A DNA stretch of 64,000 bases from Chrysomallon squamiferum (Eukaryota > Animalia > Mollusca), in assembly GCA_012295275.1 (NCBI GenBank), contig CM022679.1:3906001-3970000 (forward strand). Direction: 5' to 3'. The notes beneath the pieces were generated by a model. It was not told the DNA's origin. It worked only from the letters and a program-made list of their open reading frames with translations, and made no database searches. The translations under genes and the position numbers were made by a program. Every line of letters starts with the position of its first letter. Positions within the stretch are counted from its first letter, which is position 1. Shown here in pieces: positions 28,237-40,070 of the stretch.

Positions 28237-29230
28237 AAATACTGCAATGTTAATGTATTTTTGTTTCATTTTGTCCTATAAATAAATTTATTTTTGTTAC
28301 AATTGAAAACATTTAGAATAGTTTATGTTAACGTAATTTGTATTTTTTTTCTTCTTTTTTTCGGTATATTAATTTTGATGAGATTAATACTAATATGTCA
28401 TGTATATTTAATTCTTATTTAATTTTTAAATATATATTTATACATCTTTTTACTGTTTTCATTTTAACTTTTTTAAATCTCAGTATTAATATTTATGTAC
28501 CGTTAACAGATATATAAATCCTATTTAACAGCTGTATATATGTATCTTGTGTGGTATGGTAAATTGATATGTAGTAATACTATCCAGTCATGCTGTTTAA
28601 TGTAAATACTCAGTAATAAATATTGTACTGTATTATGAGGTATAATATGGATAATTTTCTTTTGTGTTACATGACCATTTAATATGAACAAATTTTGAAG
28701 AATGCTGCTCTGTAATACACTGTCCATATAAATATCAATAAATATATATATGTGTAGTCATATTGATCTGTGAATTAATGTTTGTGTGTGTATATATATA
28801 TATATATACATCACTGTATTTTGTTCCTTTGATTCAGTATTACAATGGTGTGTGAAATTACATTATTTTTGTTAGTTTTCTGATGATTATAATCAGTTTC
28901 TTCTAAATCTCTGTACACATGTGCCAAATAACATTTATTTTTCAAGATATAATTAAATAGTAGATTATTATTACATTTTAAGAATAATGTTTGTCTTGTA
29001 TCATGTTTTAAAATTTTTATTTCAATGAATTAATGAATTTATTTATGTTCAAATGTTCAGGGAATTCTTTTATTATTTTTCTTTGCCCCATGACATTTTT
29101 AATGAAATTCTGTTTAGTATTATTATATAACCAAACAATAAGTAAGTAAATAATTTATATATAAAATTAAAATAACCAATTTACAACAGCCTGTTTGTGT
29201 TGTTAGACCAGAATGCATTTTTAAAATTGT

Positions 29231-29261
<31 letters not shown>

Positions 29262-30956
29262 TTAATTTATTTACTTCTCTTTCTTTTTTGAAATCCTGTT
29301 TTAAATCCAGAGAAATGAAAAAGCAAATTACTTTTTTATATTTTATATATTTAATTTGTTAAAGTATTATTAAAACAGATGAAATACGGGGAAACTGTTA
29401 AGAAGATAAACATTCTATGTGAATATAAACTTCACCCTGTTTCCATGTTACAAGTGTATAACTAGTCAGATTTATGTTTATTTTGTGTGTTGTTGTTTTA
29501 AACAGGGAAATACTCTATTCATACATTAATGTGTTTTGTTTTTGTGATGTTTTTACCTGTGAAATACTTAAAATTTGTGTAAGATAATGTTTTATTTTTT
29601 TAATGTTATTTTAAAATGTGAAATACTCTCTACTTTTGTAAATTTTGTATCTAGACTCAGGAATATTTTGTTTTGAAGTGAATTTTTTAAATCATGAAAA
29701 TACATTAAAAAAAAATTCTTATTAAATAAAATTATTATTCATTGTGTTTAAATGCAATTTAAATTTTAAGTCGCATTGGTCCAAGATAAAAAAAAAAAAA
29801 AAAAAAAATTTAATTTATATTATGCACCCTTAGTACCACTACTACAGCAACAAACTTTATCCTAAACAGAAATTTAAGTTGTTTTTTCAGATGAACTATG
29901 TTATATTCATGTATATCTACTTCTTTTTCATTTGCTGAATATGTTAACTTCAGTAATTATAAATGAACTTCTTTTGTTCTAAAAAGGAATGTGTGTATGT
30001 GTATATCTTGAGCCACTGCATTCACATCGAATTTTGTTTTATTTTACTTTTATTCTTTTATTTATTTTACTTTTATTTATTTTACTTTTATTCTTTTATT
30101 TATTTATTTATTTATTTTACTTATTTATTTTTGTTTCACAGAGGTCCATGTTAATTATCTTCAGAAAGAAATTCCTTTCAATCTCCTATCTGTATTTCCT
30201 CTGTTTGCACCCACTCTGATGTGGGTGGGTGGGGATTAATTGTAAACTGTATTTACTTGAGCAGACGGGTTCTTTCTTGGTTTTATCTCTTGTTAGCATC
30301 GTTTTCTTCTCAGCCATGCCAGGCTGGTTGTTTGTTCATAACAGTAGCTACTGGCACTTTGGAATACTCATCTCATTTTTGACTTGTTTTTGTACAGTTA
30401 GGTTTTGTTATCATAGCTCATGCTTTGTAAAAAAAAAGAAAAAAAAAAAAAAGAAAAAAGAAAAAAAAGAAAATCATTTCTGCATTTAACAATCAGCCAA
30501 GACCAATAGCGAAATCATTGTTTATTATAAACTGATCACGCTTTGAAAATTCCAAGTTGTAATTCTTGATCTTTGTTATGTGTACCAAAATGGCTTGTCT
30601 TAAAACTTTGAGACAGAAATGAAATATATATTTGTGTTTGTTATTTAAAAATTTTTTTATACATAATCATAGCTCTGGTAAAATATACTTTATATCATAA
30701 AGTTTTCTATATTATTCATCACTGTTTCATTTTTATGTAATCATGGCAACATGACCTTGTTACCACAGCAACTGATTTTTATGATATGTACATTTGAAAT
30801 ATATGAAAGTAATAGTTTCAGTATTTTTGTTAAGATTTGAGGATTATTATTTTTATTATTACAAGAAATAAATTATTACTTTCAATAATTAATTGTTAGT
30901 TGTTGTTTTTTTGTTTTTGTGTTTCTCTAGACATTAATTATCTCACATCCTCTGTG

Positions 30957-31006
<50 letters not shown>

Positions 31007-31258
31007 TAAAATAAAATAAAATAATATAAAATTATTTTATTCAGAGGATCATGGTATAATGGTTATGAAACTTGTTTGAGATGTAGCAGGTTTGAAGATC
31101 AGTCCTCTTAATTCATTATTTAATAATTCAACCATATTTTCAGAGAAAGTACTTACTTTTTATCCATTAGAAAATGTAAGAAAAATATTCTCTAGCTGGT
31201 TATTGCTGGAGAAGACATGCAGAAGTCCATTAGCAACATGTTTTTTTTACAGGCATAT

Positions 31259-31306
<48 letters not shown>

Positions 31307-32557
31307 ACAGACACACACACAGACACACATACACACAGACACACACACACATACATGCAGACACCATACAGCCTTTTTAGCTGTACTTATATCTTTTTCC
31401 AGACTCATGTTTTTCTGTCTTCCTCTTTCTCCAAATCTTTTTCTTTTGACTCTTAAATATTATAAATAATTTTTGCAGTACAGTATTTATTTCCAAACCA
31501 TGAAATGAAGAAGGAAATATATATTTTTGATTATCATCTAAACGTGGGAACAATTTGTAAAGAAAGTAAGATGTATTGAAGATAAACTGATTCATGCTGA
31601 ACTGTTATTTGTGTGGCTTTATATATGAAAGTGATTCACAGCTGGGATTCCACTGAGCCCTAGAATTCTGTGAAATCTCTTAAAAATTAAACCAACACCC
31701 ACACACAGGAAAATAGATTTTGTAACAGTTTCTAAAGTCAGCAAGTATTTCTTCAAAACACTATATGTGTGCAAAATAAATATCACACTGTCTCTAAATG
31801 GCAAGTCAATTTTAAAAACTGTGTTTTTTTTCTTAATAATATTATAAGGTCAGAGGTCACGTTCTCAGAACTAAAAATAGAAAGGTATTCTTAAGGTCAG
31901 AGATATCTAAATGCCAGATGTCTTATTTTAATAAAAAGTAGGGATGATATCTACTGTGGTGCTAATTAACTCTGCATTATCTTCTCATTATTAATTTATA
32001 TTATTATTTTTTTAGAAACATATCAGACATATTTCTGTTTCTGTTGATTTAAAACATGTGAGAGAGAACGAGAGTGTGTGAGAAAGTGATAACAGTAGCA
32101 GAGATAGTTTTTATTTATTTATTTATTTATTTATACCTATATTTATATATACTAGTTTGTTCAAATTTTATATTTAAATATAATGAGGTTTGGTCTATCT
32201 GTCTTTCTACCTACCTTGCTACCTACCCACCCAGTCAATACATCTTTCTCTGTTGAAAATACTGATCCCTAGTTTTTGCTGGCAGCTTATTTTAAAATTA
32301 AATTTATAATCTTTGCTTATACTAGTGGCAAAAACAAACAAACAAAATATAATATGTGAGATATTCACATTATAAATATATTTCATCTTTAAAACAAACC
32401 ATTTGTTACTATAAAGGGAAATCATATATATCAGCTGAATTTAACAACGTTCTCTAGACCAATTTACATTTTCATTTTTCGCCTTTATTTATTTATTTAT
32501 TTATTTTTATTGGGGTTTTTTGTTTGTTTGTTTGTTATTGTTTTTTCTGTGTCTGTG

Positions 32558-32602
<45 letters not shown>

Positions 32603-32617
32603 AGTTGTTTTTGGGTT

Positions 32618-32657
<40 letters not shown>

Positions 32658-32835
32658 TTATTTGAGGGAGACAATTCATTATGTCCGAAGTTTTTCAATG
32701 GATTAGAGTTATGTTCCTTAGACCATGAAAAGTTAGTGTTACTTCATTACGTATTTCTGTTTTATACAGGTTGCTACATTTCATGATGCAGTGGTAGCTG
32801 TAACAATAAAAATAAAACAAAATAAGAAAGAAATA

Positions 32836-32870
<35 letters not shown>

Positions 32871-32954
32871 GCAAAATTTGCTTTACTAAATTTTTATAGT
32901 TTATTTGTTTTGTTTATTTTTCATTTATTTCATTTTCATTTATTTAATTTGTTC

Positions 32955-32991
<37 letters not shown>

Positions 32992-33639
32992 TTATTAATT
33001 AATCTATTTATTTATTTTGAAGTTATATATCAGTTTGAATATTTGTTTAATAATACGTATCATAATATGTATGTAACACGCTCTGCTTATTGTGACAGAA
33101 CTTCCACTGACAAATGACACCGCGAACACTAATGAACACTAACAATGTCTAAGGAGGGGAACGATTAAAAAATGATATCGCATGCAATAACTGTTTTTTT
33201 CTTCTTTCTTTCAATCTTTTTTCTTTTCTTTCTTTATTCTAGTTCATTTTAGTTGTTTTCATTTGATAGCTACTTGACAGAACAGACTGAAACAACAACA
33301 ACGAAAGAACATGAAAGGGAAAAAGGAAAGAAAACAACAAAAGAAAGGAAAAAAAAAAAAACTCTCTCTCTCTCACACACACACACACAATTTCAAAAAC
33401 AGAAGTAGTTCGTTTTTTCTCTCAAAACTCTTCACTCACACACATTTAATTTAATAAATAATTTTGTTTTATTTTGTGTTATAAAACTGATAATTTAAAA
33501 GTGTGTGTGTCTGTGAACACTAGTTATTGACGTTTCAGGAATGCTTACGAGCTTTAGTGTGAATATCTGTTTACTATATGTTAACTAAAATAGGTGCGAT
33601 ATTCAGTGCGAAAATGCGAAAATCGCTAACAGATAATTA

Positions 33640-33816
33640 GATAATTGCCATGCGCAGTAAGTTGATATTATGTGAAAACGTTGCAGGTGCCCGTGACGTC
33701 ATATTTCATTTTTCTTCCTTTCTTTTAAAAAATTTCCAGAAATGACGTCAGGGAATCATTAATTTTGTTTTGACAAATAAATATACGTACATTATTTTGC
33801 TTTCTGTGAAATTAAG
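33640..33816 (+). promoter_or_regulatory. Candidate promoter / non-coding first exon of the H1-like gene with two perfect CRE sites
   Basis: TGACGTCA at 33694-33701 and 33743-33750, and NRF1-like CATGCGCA at ~33650. Donor AAG|GTACTT (GT 33817) could pair with acceptor TTCTCTTACAG| (exon from 34426). A TATAAAA at 34440 is an alternative proximal promoter. Confidence 0.45.
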
Positions 33817-33952
33817 GTACTTGTTCTTTCTAAACATTTTGAGTCCATGTAAATAGACTGTTACTTTCCTTTTCTTATGTAACGATTAATAAACACAAAT
33901 AATCATGATTACGTTTAATACATGCATACACATACACACATACATATATATG

Positions 33953-33990
<38 letters not shown>

Positions 33991-34352
33991 CAATACACTT
34001 TATTAATTCTATTAAATACACCGTTTCAAACGTAGATATTTATTACAGTTTGTCCTAGAAAAAACAAAACAAAAAAAGAAACAAACAAACAATTAGAAAT
34101 TATTACTAGCCGGGCTTCGATATTAATTAAAAAAAAAAAAAAAACATTTAGTTGCTAATTACTTATTTTAATATATATATATTTTATTTTCCCAGTATGT
34201 TATATATCTATGTATTTTTAATATGCATCTAACGAAAATCAGATACTTTGATGTCTATAATGAGGTAACATAAAAATTAAATAAATTAAAATAAATAAAT
34301 AAATAAATTTAGAAAAAATAAATGATAATAATAAAAAAATTTAAAAAATTAA

Positions 34353-34410
<58 letters not shown>

Positions 34411-34498
34411 TGAATTCTCTTACAGGTCCGCTATGGGTGTATAAAACGAAAAAAAAAAACGTTTTCGTAACAGGAATTCAAGTGTTCTTTACTGCACC

Positions 34499-34849
34499 AT
34501 GAACGCAAAGAAACCTTCAACTATTCTGAGCGAAATTGCGATCGCCATTAAAGAGAACGAAGACCCGCTAGGAACTCCAGTGCACGTGATTAGGAAAAGC
34601 ATTGCCTCGAAATCACTCAAAGGGCTCGCGGTGTCCTACTTAACGTCGCAAATTCGGAAAGGACTGAACGAAGGTCTTCGGAAAGGTATATTAGCCCGGC
34701 CGAAAGCTCGGCAAGCTGGTCAGGGTCGGGGTAGGTATGTTTTGAGCAAACTGGGCAAGGAAATTTTAAGTGGAGAGAGTGGCGAGTCATCAACTAGCCA
34801 ATGCCAGGAGAAGAAACCCCGAACTGCAGCCAAGAACAAGAACCGCTAA
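34499..34849 (+). CDS. Linker histone H1-like protein (H15 winged-helix globular domain), oocyte/cleavage-stage type, 116 aa with very short tails
   Basis: Helix pattern P-x-x-x-x-SEIAIAIKE..GTPVHVIRK.I...YLTSQIRKGLNEGLRKGILARP....GQGRGRYVL fits the H1/H5 globular domain. GT.V..IR and GL.KGIL.RP...GR.VL recall B4/H1.8-type H1s. Kozak-like ACCATG, GC-rich codon composition, AATAAA at 35006 and 35118. Confidence 0.8.
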   Translation: MNAKKPSTILSEIAIAIKENEDPLGTPVHVIRKSIASKSLKGLAVSYLTSQIRKGLNEGLRKGILARPKARQAGQGRGRYVLSKLGKEILSGESGESSTSQCQEKKPRTAAKNKNR

Positions 34850-37592
34850 AAAGATCGCAGACGCTGTTAAAATAGCTTGTAAACATCATTCCATTAAGGG
34901 CAACCCAAAATTTTTAGAATAAGAATTTGTAATCGAAAATAACTGACGAAAACAAAGTTTTCGGTCTTAATAGACTAATATTAGAATATAAATGCAATAT
35001 GTAAAAATAAATAATGTAAAACGAAAGGATGATATTCCTGTTTAAAGTAATGAGAAAAGCAAATGTTAATTTTTCATTTTTTATTTCTTGAAAAAAAAAA
35101 AAAAAAAAAACTCGGAAAATAAATCAGTTTAAATGGAATGTTTTTTTTTTTTTTTTTTGTAACGTCAGGAATAATATGCTTTTTTAAAATTTATTTTTTA
35201 TTATTTTATTTTAAAATAACATCCCGAAACATTATCTGTTTGACATAATTATATGTGCTTTGTGTCATTGATATTTATTTTCAAAATTACAAAGATAATA
35301 CTGTAATTTCAATCTTTTTAAAATAAGATGTTTTAATCTTCTTTTCTGTCTAGTTAACGGAAGAACGACATCTTTATTTTTGTAACGTCTTCTCAAATAT
35401 CCGGTATGATTTATTGATATGTTTATTTAACATAGTAAAAGTAAATAAAATAATCCTTTGTTGAAATAAGCTGTGTTAAGTACATTCCCACAAATAAACG
35501 TATTATTTTTTTAGTTTAATATTCAGTCCTCAGTTGTCAGTATGTTATTACAATTGTTTTAATGGTTTACGTAACTGTAATATTGTCATAACGTCGTAAA
35601 GAATGACATGTGTACTTTTTTATGTCTGTTAAATAATAATAATAAGTAAAATGGAAAATAAAAAATTTATACATTTGATGTTAGTCAGTTTTTCTGTCAA
35701 ACATTTTTGAAATCGGAGAAAAATCATGAAAAGAATGAACTGCCTCTTCACAGTCTGACTTCCATTACCATCATTATAAGAATTGATGCAAAATGTGTAG
35801 ATATTTCTACATTAACGCAGTATATGAGCCGCTGTTTCGGCTATTTTTTAGTCTTGTCAGATACTTTGTAAAGGATGCAGAAAAGAAAATATTAGAAATG
35901 ATGTAACGAAAAAAAAACTGTGTGTGTGTGTGTGTGTATAACAAACTTTTTTAAATACAAAAATACAAAATATTTCTTAAAACATTTATTTGTTTTTTGC
36001 AAAAAAAAATATATAAAAATAATAAAAATATCAATACAAAATAAAGATTATGTAAATATTAATTCTTTATGTATGTGTGTGTGTGTGTGTGTGTCAAATA
36101 TATTAATGAATTTAAAATATTTATTTCTGAAAAATAAAATACAATAAATTTTTAAAATCAAAGTTTTTAAAAGAAAAAAAATATATATATAAATAAAGGA
36201 AAATGAAGAATACAAAATTTATTAAATTGTGCAGTATATAATAAAATGCTTTCATAGATATTATTTTAAAAAAAATTAAAATTATTTAATATATAAAATA
36301 TTTTAAAATGCAAGATTTGATTCTTTAATAATAACATATATTGTTGTTAAAAGAGGAAATTGTCTCGTACTAGCAATTTAACTTTTATAAATTGAATACC
36401 TTCTGCTTTATATATATATATATATATATATATATTTTTTTAAATCAGTTGTTTGCATTAACAGTTAAATTTAATTATCAAAGTAATTAATAATTAATAA
36501 AACTGTACCTTTTCAGAAATCTGATTGTTTTCTTTCACATTGTACACACCAAATTTTCTTTTAATTAAACGTTAGTGCCATTCATACAAAATAAATTTAA
36601 AATTATTCATTTTGTTACATAAATGAGAAAATAACGCAAGACCTATGTATTTATTTTTATTTTTATTATATTATTAATATATTGTGTAATCAAAAACGTA
36701 TATGATTGACTCGACAAACGAAAGTAAATTTAAACGTTTTTTTTTTTTTTTTTTTCTATTACGTTTTTAACTATACCAGCTGCAAAACAACAAATCTCGA
36801 AAAATCTTTTAAATAGCTTATATACCTTTTTTTAAATTTATTATTATTATATAAACTTTTCCAATACATAATTATTTATATATCTCAGGAGATGACCATC
36901 TTTTTGGCGTGGAGGGTCAAATTGGAGAACAGAATCTGGTCATATATATATTTATACTGCTTTAACTAAAGAAAGAAACATATTAGCCTCATAGGTCAGT
37001 ACCAGTCTAAAATTTGTCTTATAACATGTTTCTATTATGTACAGTCTGTTCTTTATATGTTTTCTTTCGTTTCGCATCGTAATTATGTTTGTTATTATAA
37101 CCTACTTATCAGACATCATTTCTTATCGAACATATTTTAACCTTTTTATAATTATTATTATTCCCACTAATTTTATATAATTTTCATTTATTTGCTTTTG
37201 TGGTATTAAAAGAGTCATCTCCCTTAGATCGTATGACATCTAATCATATTCTAAGAACAATGAAGTTATTTAGATTAATTTTGTTGTTACTAATTATGTA
37301 TTATATTTTCTATATATTTGAAAAGGTTCTTCAATATTATATATTTATATACATGTATATTAAAATCAGTTATATTTTTTCATAATATAGCCATATGAAA
37401 TAAATGAATGAATTTTTGTTTATTTTTCATTTATTTTACTTTCATTATTATTATTATTATTATTATCAACATCATCATCATCTTCTTCATCATAATCATT
37501 ATTTCTTCTTTATTATTATTTATTTTATTTTTATTTATTTATTTATTTGTTTGTTTGTTTGTTTGTTTGTTTGTTTTTTTTTTGTTTGTTTG

Positions 37593-37642
<50 letters not shown>

Positions 37643-37854
37643 ATAATTAGGATATTATCACTAATAAAATTAATACATTACCGTTTTAATATAATCTAAA
37701 AGCGTATATAGAGAGATAGATAAATAGATTATACTGAGAGAGAAAAGTATATATATATATATATATATAAAATAATGATAATAATAAAAACAACAACAAC
37801 AGTGATAATAATAATAATAACAAAATTACAACAACAAAATTACAAATATATATA

Positions 37855-37875
37855 TAGATAGATATAGATAAAGAT

Positions 37876-37916
<41 letters not shown>

Positions 37917-37945
37917 CAGATAGATAGACAGACAGACAGACAGAT
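37855..37945. repeat. (GATA)n/(GACA)n microsatellite
   Basis: Direct reading. Confidence 0.9.
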
Positions 37946-38427
37946 AAAAATAAACCACACCCAAATTTTTATATTATAATTTTTATAACTAGATAACAAA
38001 TAATAGCAGATTATTCATGAAGGTGTCAGTAGAAGATTCTTTAGCGTCTGGAATAATGAAATAAAATTTTAAAAAAAAAAAAAAAAAAAAATAATAATAA
38101 TAAAAAATGAATGAATGAAAATCCGATCCCACGACGATGCTGTAAATTCATGAGTAACAGTAACTGAGTAAATAAAAAAAAATAAAAAAATAAAAATAAA
38201 TAAAATAAAATAAAAAATAAAATAAAATAATGCTATAAATAAGGATTATGTATATATATATATTTTATTTATATATATATATATATTAACTGAAAATGTA
38301 TTAAAACATAAGTTTATACTTTTTTCTCTGGAGAGTACTTAAGATACTTAAACGGTTCTCAAAAATGTACACACACAAAACAAAAGTTAATTAGATTCAG
38401 ATTAAAAAAAGAAATGGTATAAAAAAT

Positions 38428-38525
38428 TAACCAATCAGAAAAGAGCTAGCTGGACCAATCACGTTTAGGAAAGAGAAAACTAACGTGTTACGTCTGTGAC
38501 GTCCATTTCAAGCATATAAAAAAAG
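38428..38525 (+). promoter_or_regulatory. Pol II promoter-like module upstream of the H1-like pseudogene
   Basis: CCAAT at 38431 and 38455, CRE-like TGACGTC at 38497, TATAAA at 38515. GTGACGTCCATTTCA resembles GTGACGTCATATTTCA (33693-33708) upstream of the intact H1-like gene. Confidence 0.55.
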
Positions 38526-38623
38526 ATCTTTAACGTAACATGATCTACTGGTCACCTGACAGCACAATGGTGTCATGTTCTAGTGTGACACAGCACGATT
38601 TAAAGTACTGGTCACTTGACAGC

Positions 38624-38835
38624 GAGAGCATAAAGAAATCGGGAGACCGTCATCAGGATTTGAGGTCGGAAGGAAACTCCGATAAAGTGTACCAAGATGA
38701 ATAACTGTTAAGGGAGGACAGCAATCTCTAGAAATTTCATAGTTACCGTGGTTCAGTATCTAACATCGCAAATCGTCTTCAAAAAGGAATGATTTGATCC
38801 ACTCCGAGGTTCGTTACCAAGGTGAAGGACGAGTT
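38624..38835 (+). pseudogene. Frameshifted paralogue of the H1-like gene at 34499
   Basis: TAT CTA ACA TCG CAA ATC (38757-38774, YLTSQI) versus TAC TTA ACG TCG CAA ATT (34637-34654, YLTSQI). After an apparent 19-nt deletion comes LQKGM (vs LRKGI), then VRYQGEGR (vs ARQAGQGR). Upstream, IKK, TVI.DL and GGAAACTCCGATA align to AKK, TILSEI and GGAACTCCAGTG. Confidence 0.7.
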
Positions 38836-39014
38836 GCCGGGTGGAATCCTGACTTCCCAGAACGGTTCCGAAGGGTGGATACTGCATAATAAAATGTTGG
38901 TCCACTTCAAGATTCTCTACTACGGTTAGAGGTCGGAAAACCTCGAAATTTCTAAAATGTGTTCTTCCATTTGCATAGATATAATAAATAATATAACTGT
39001 GATAATAATAAATA

Positions 39015-39420
39015 ATTGTAATACATAAGCAAATAAATAATTAATTCTGAGTACAGTTATAATACTAAATAATTACACTACATAAGCAAATAGATAAATA
39101 AAATAAAATAAAATAAAATAAAATAAAATAAAATAAAATAAAATAACTACAGTTATGATTATAAATAAATATACTACATAAGAAAATAAGTAAGTAAAAT
39201 AAAATAAATAATTAGTACTAAAAATAGTTATAATAATAAATAATATAATTCTCATAATAATAAATAGTTATATTACATAAGCAAATAAATAAAATAAAAT
39301 AAATAATTATTAATGTTAAGAATAATTATAATAATAATAATATCATTATGATAAATAATTATACTACATAAGCAAATAAATAAATAAAAATTAGTACTAA
39401 TTATAGTTTTAATAATAAAT
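39015..39420. repeat. Degenerate AT-rich minisatellite (~60-100 bp unit)
   Basis: TACATAAG(C/A)AAATA recurs at ~39022, 39079, 39175, 39274 and 39366. Confidence 0.75.
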
Positions 39421-39838
39421 AATAATATTGCTGGCGAAGAAAAATAGTAATCATCTAATCAAATAAATAAAGAAAGAACTACAGAAATTGTCAAGACAAA
39501 AAATGTTTAGATAAAAAACTGAAGAAAAAAATTAGAAATTGAAAGAAGAAGAAAAAGAAAGTTAAAATACGTTTGTGTGTATGTTTATATGTGTGCGAGC
39601 TTATAGGTACATTCACACATAACAAATAAATAAATAAAATAATAAATAAAAAGAAATAATAATAAAACAGAGAACTAATAATAATAAATACTACAAGTAA
39701 GCGAATAAATTATATAAAATTTTTTATTAAAGCTACTTCATGTGGATATTTTATACAACTGTTATATGGTGAAAAACTATTAATTGATTTTAATATTAAA
39801 GACTGTTTCAGTTCAAATATTTACACTAACTACTTTAC

Positions 39839-39839
<1 letters not shown>

Positions 39840-39869
<30 letters not shown>

Positions 39870-39890
39870 ATGTTTAATAATAATGGTGTG

Positions 39891-39960
<70 letters not shown>

Positions 39961-39981
39961 TAATAATAATAATAAAAATAA

Positions 39982-40029
<48 letters not shown>

Positions 40030-40070
40030 AATAATAACAATAATAATAAATAAAATAAAATAAAATAACA
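39840..40070. repeat. (AAAT)n/(AAT)n microsatellite
   Basis: Direct reading; source of spurious minus-strand ORFs 39813-40071. Confidence 0.95.

Noticed and set aside
34963-34976. GGTCT-TAAT-AGACT hairpin as a histone 3' stem-loop
   Set aside because: Stem is 5 bp rather than 6, the loop is not TTTC/TTTA-like, and the flanking ACCCA-type sequence is absent. AATAAA signals follow instead.
38630-38660. Minus-strand CTGATGA followed by a small stem, as a hammerhead ribozyme core
   Set aside because: The stem is followed by ATTT rather than the required GAAA, and the region is better explained as H1 pseudogene sequence.
38860-38980. Octamer ATTTGCAT and short complementary segments suggesting an snRNA or other structured RNA gene
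   Set aside because: No recognisable snRNA, RNase P/MRP, 7SK or telomerase motifs, and the pairings are short enough to be chance.
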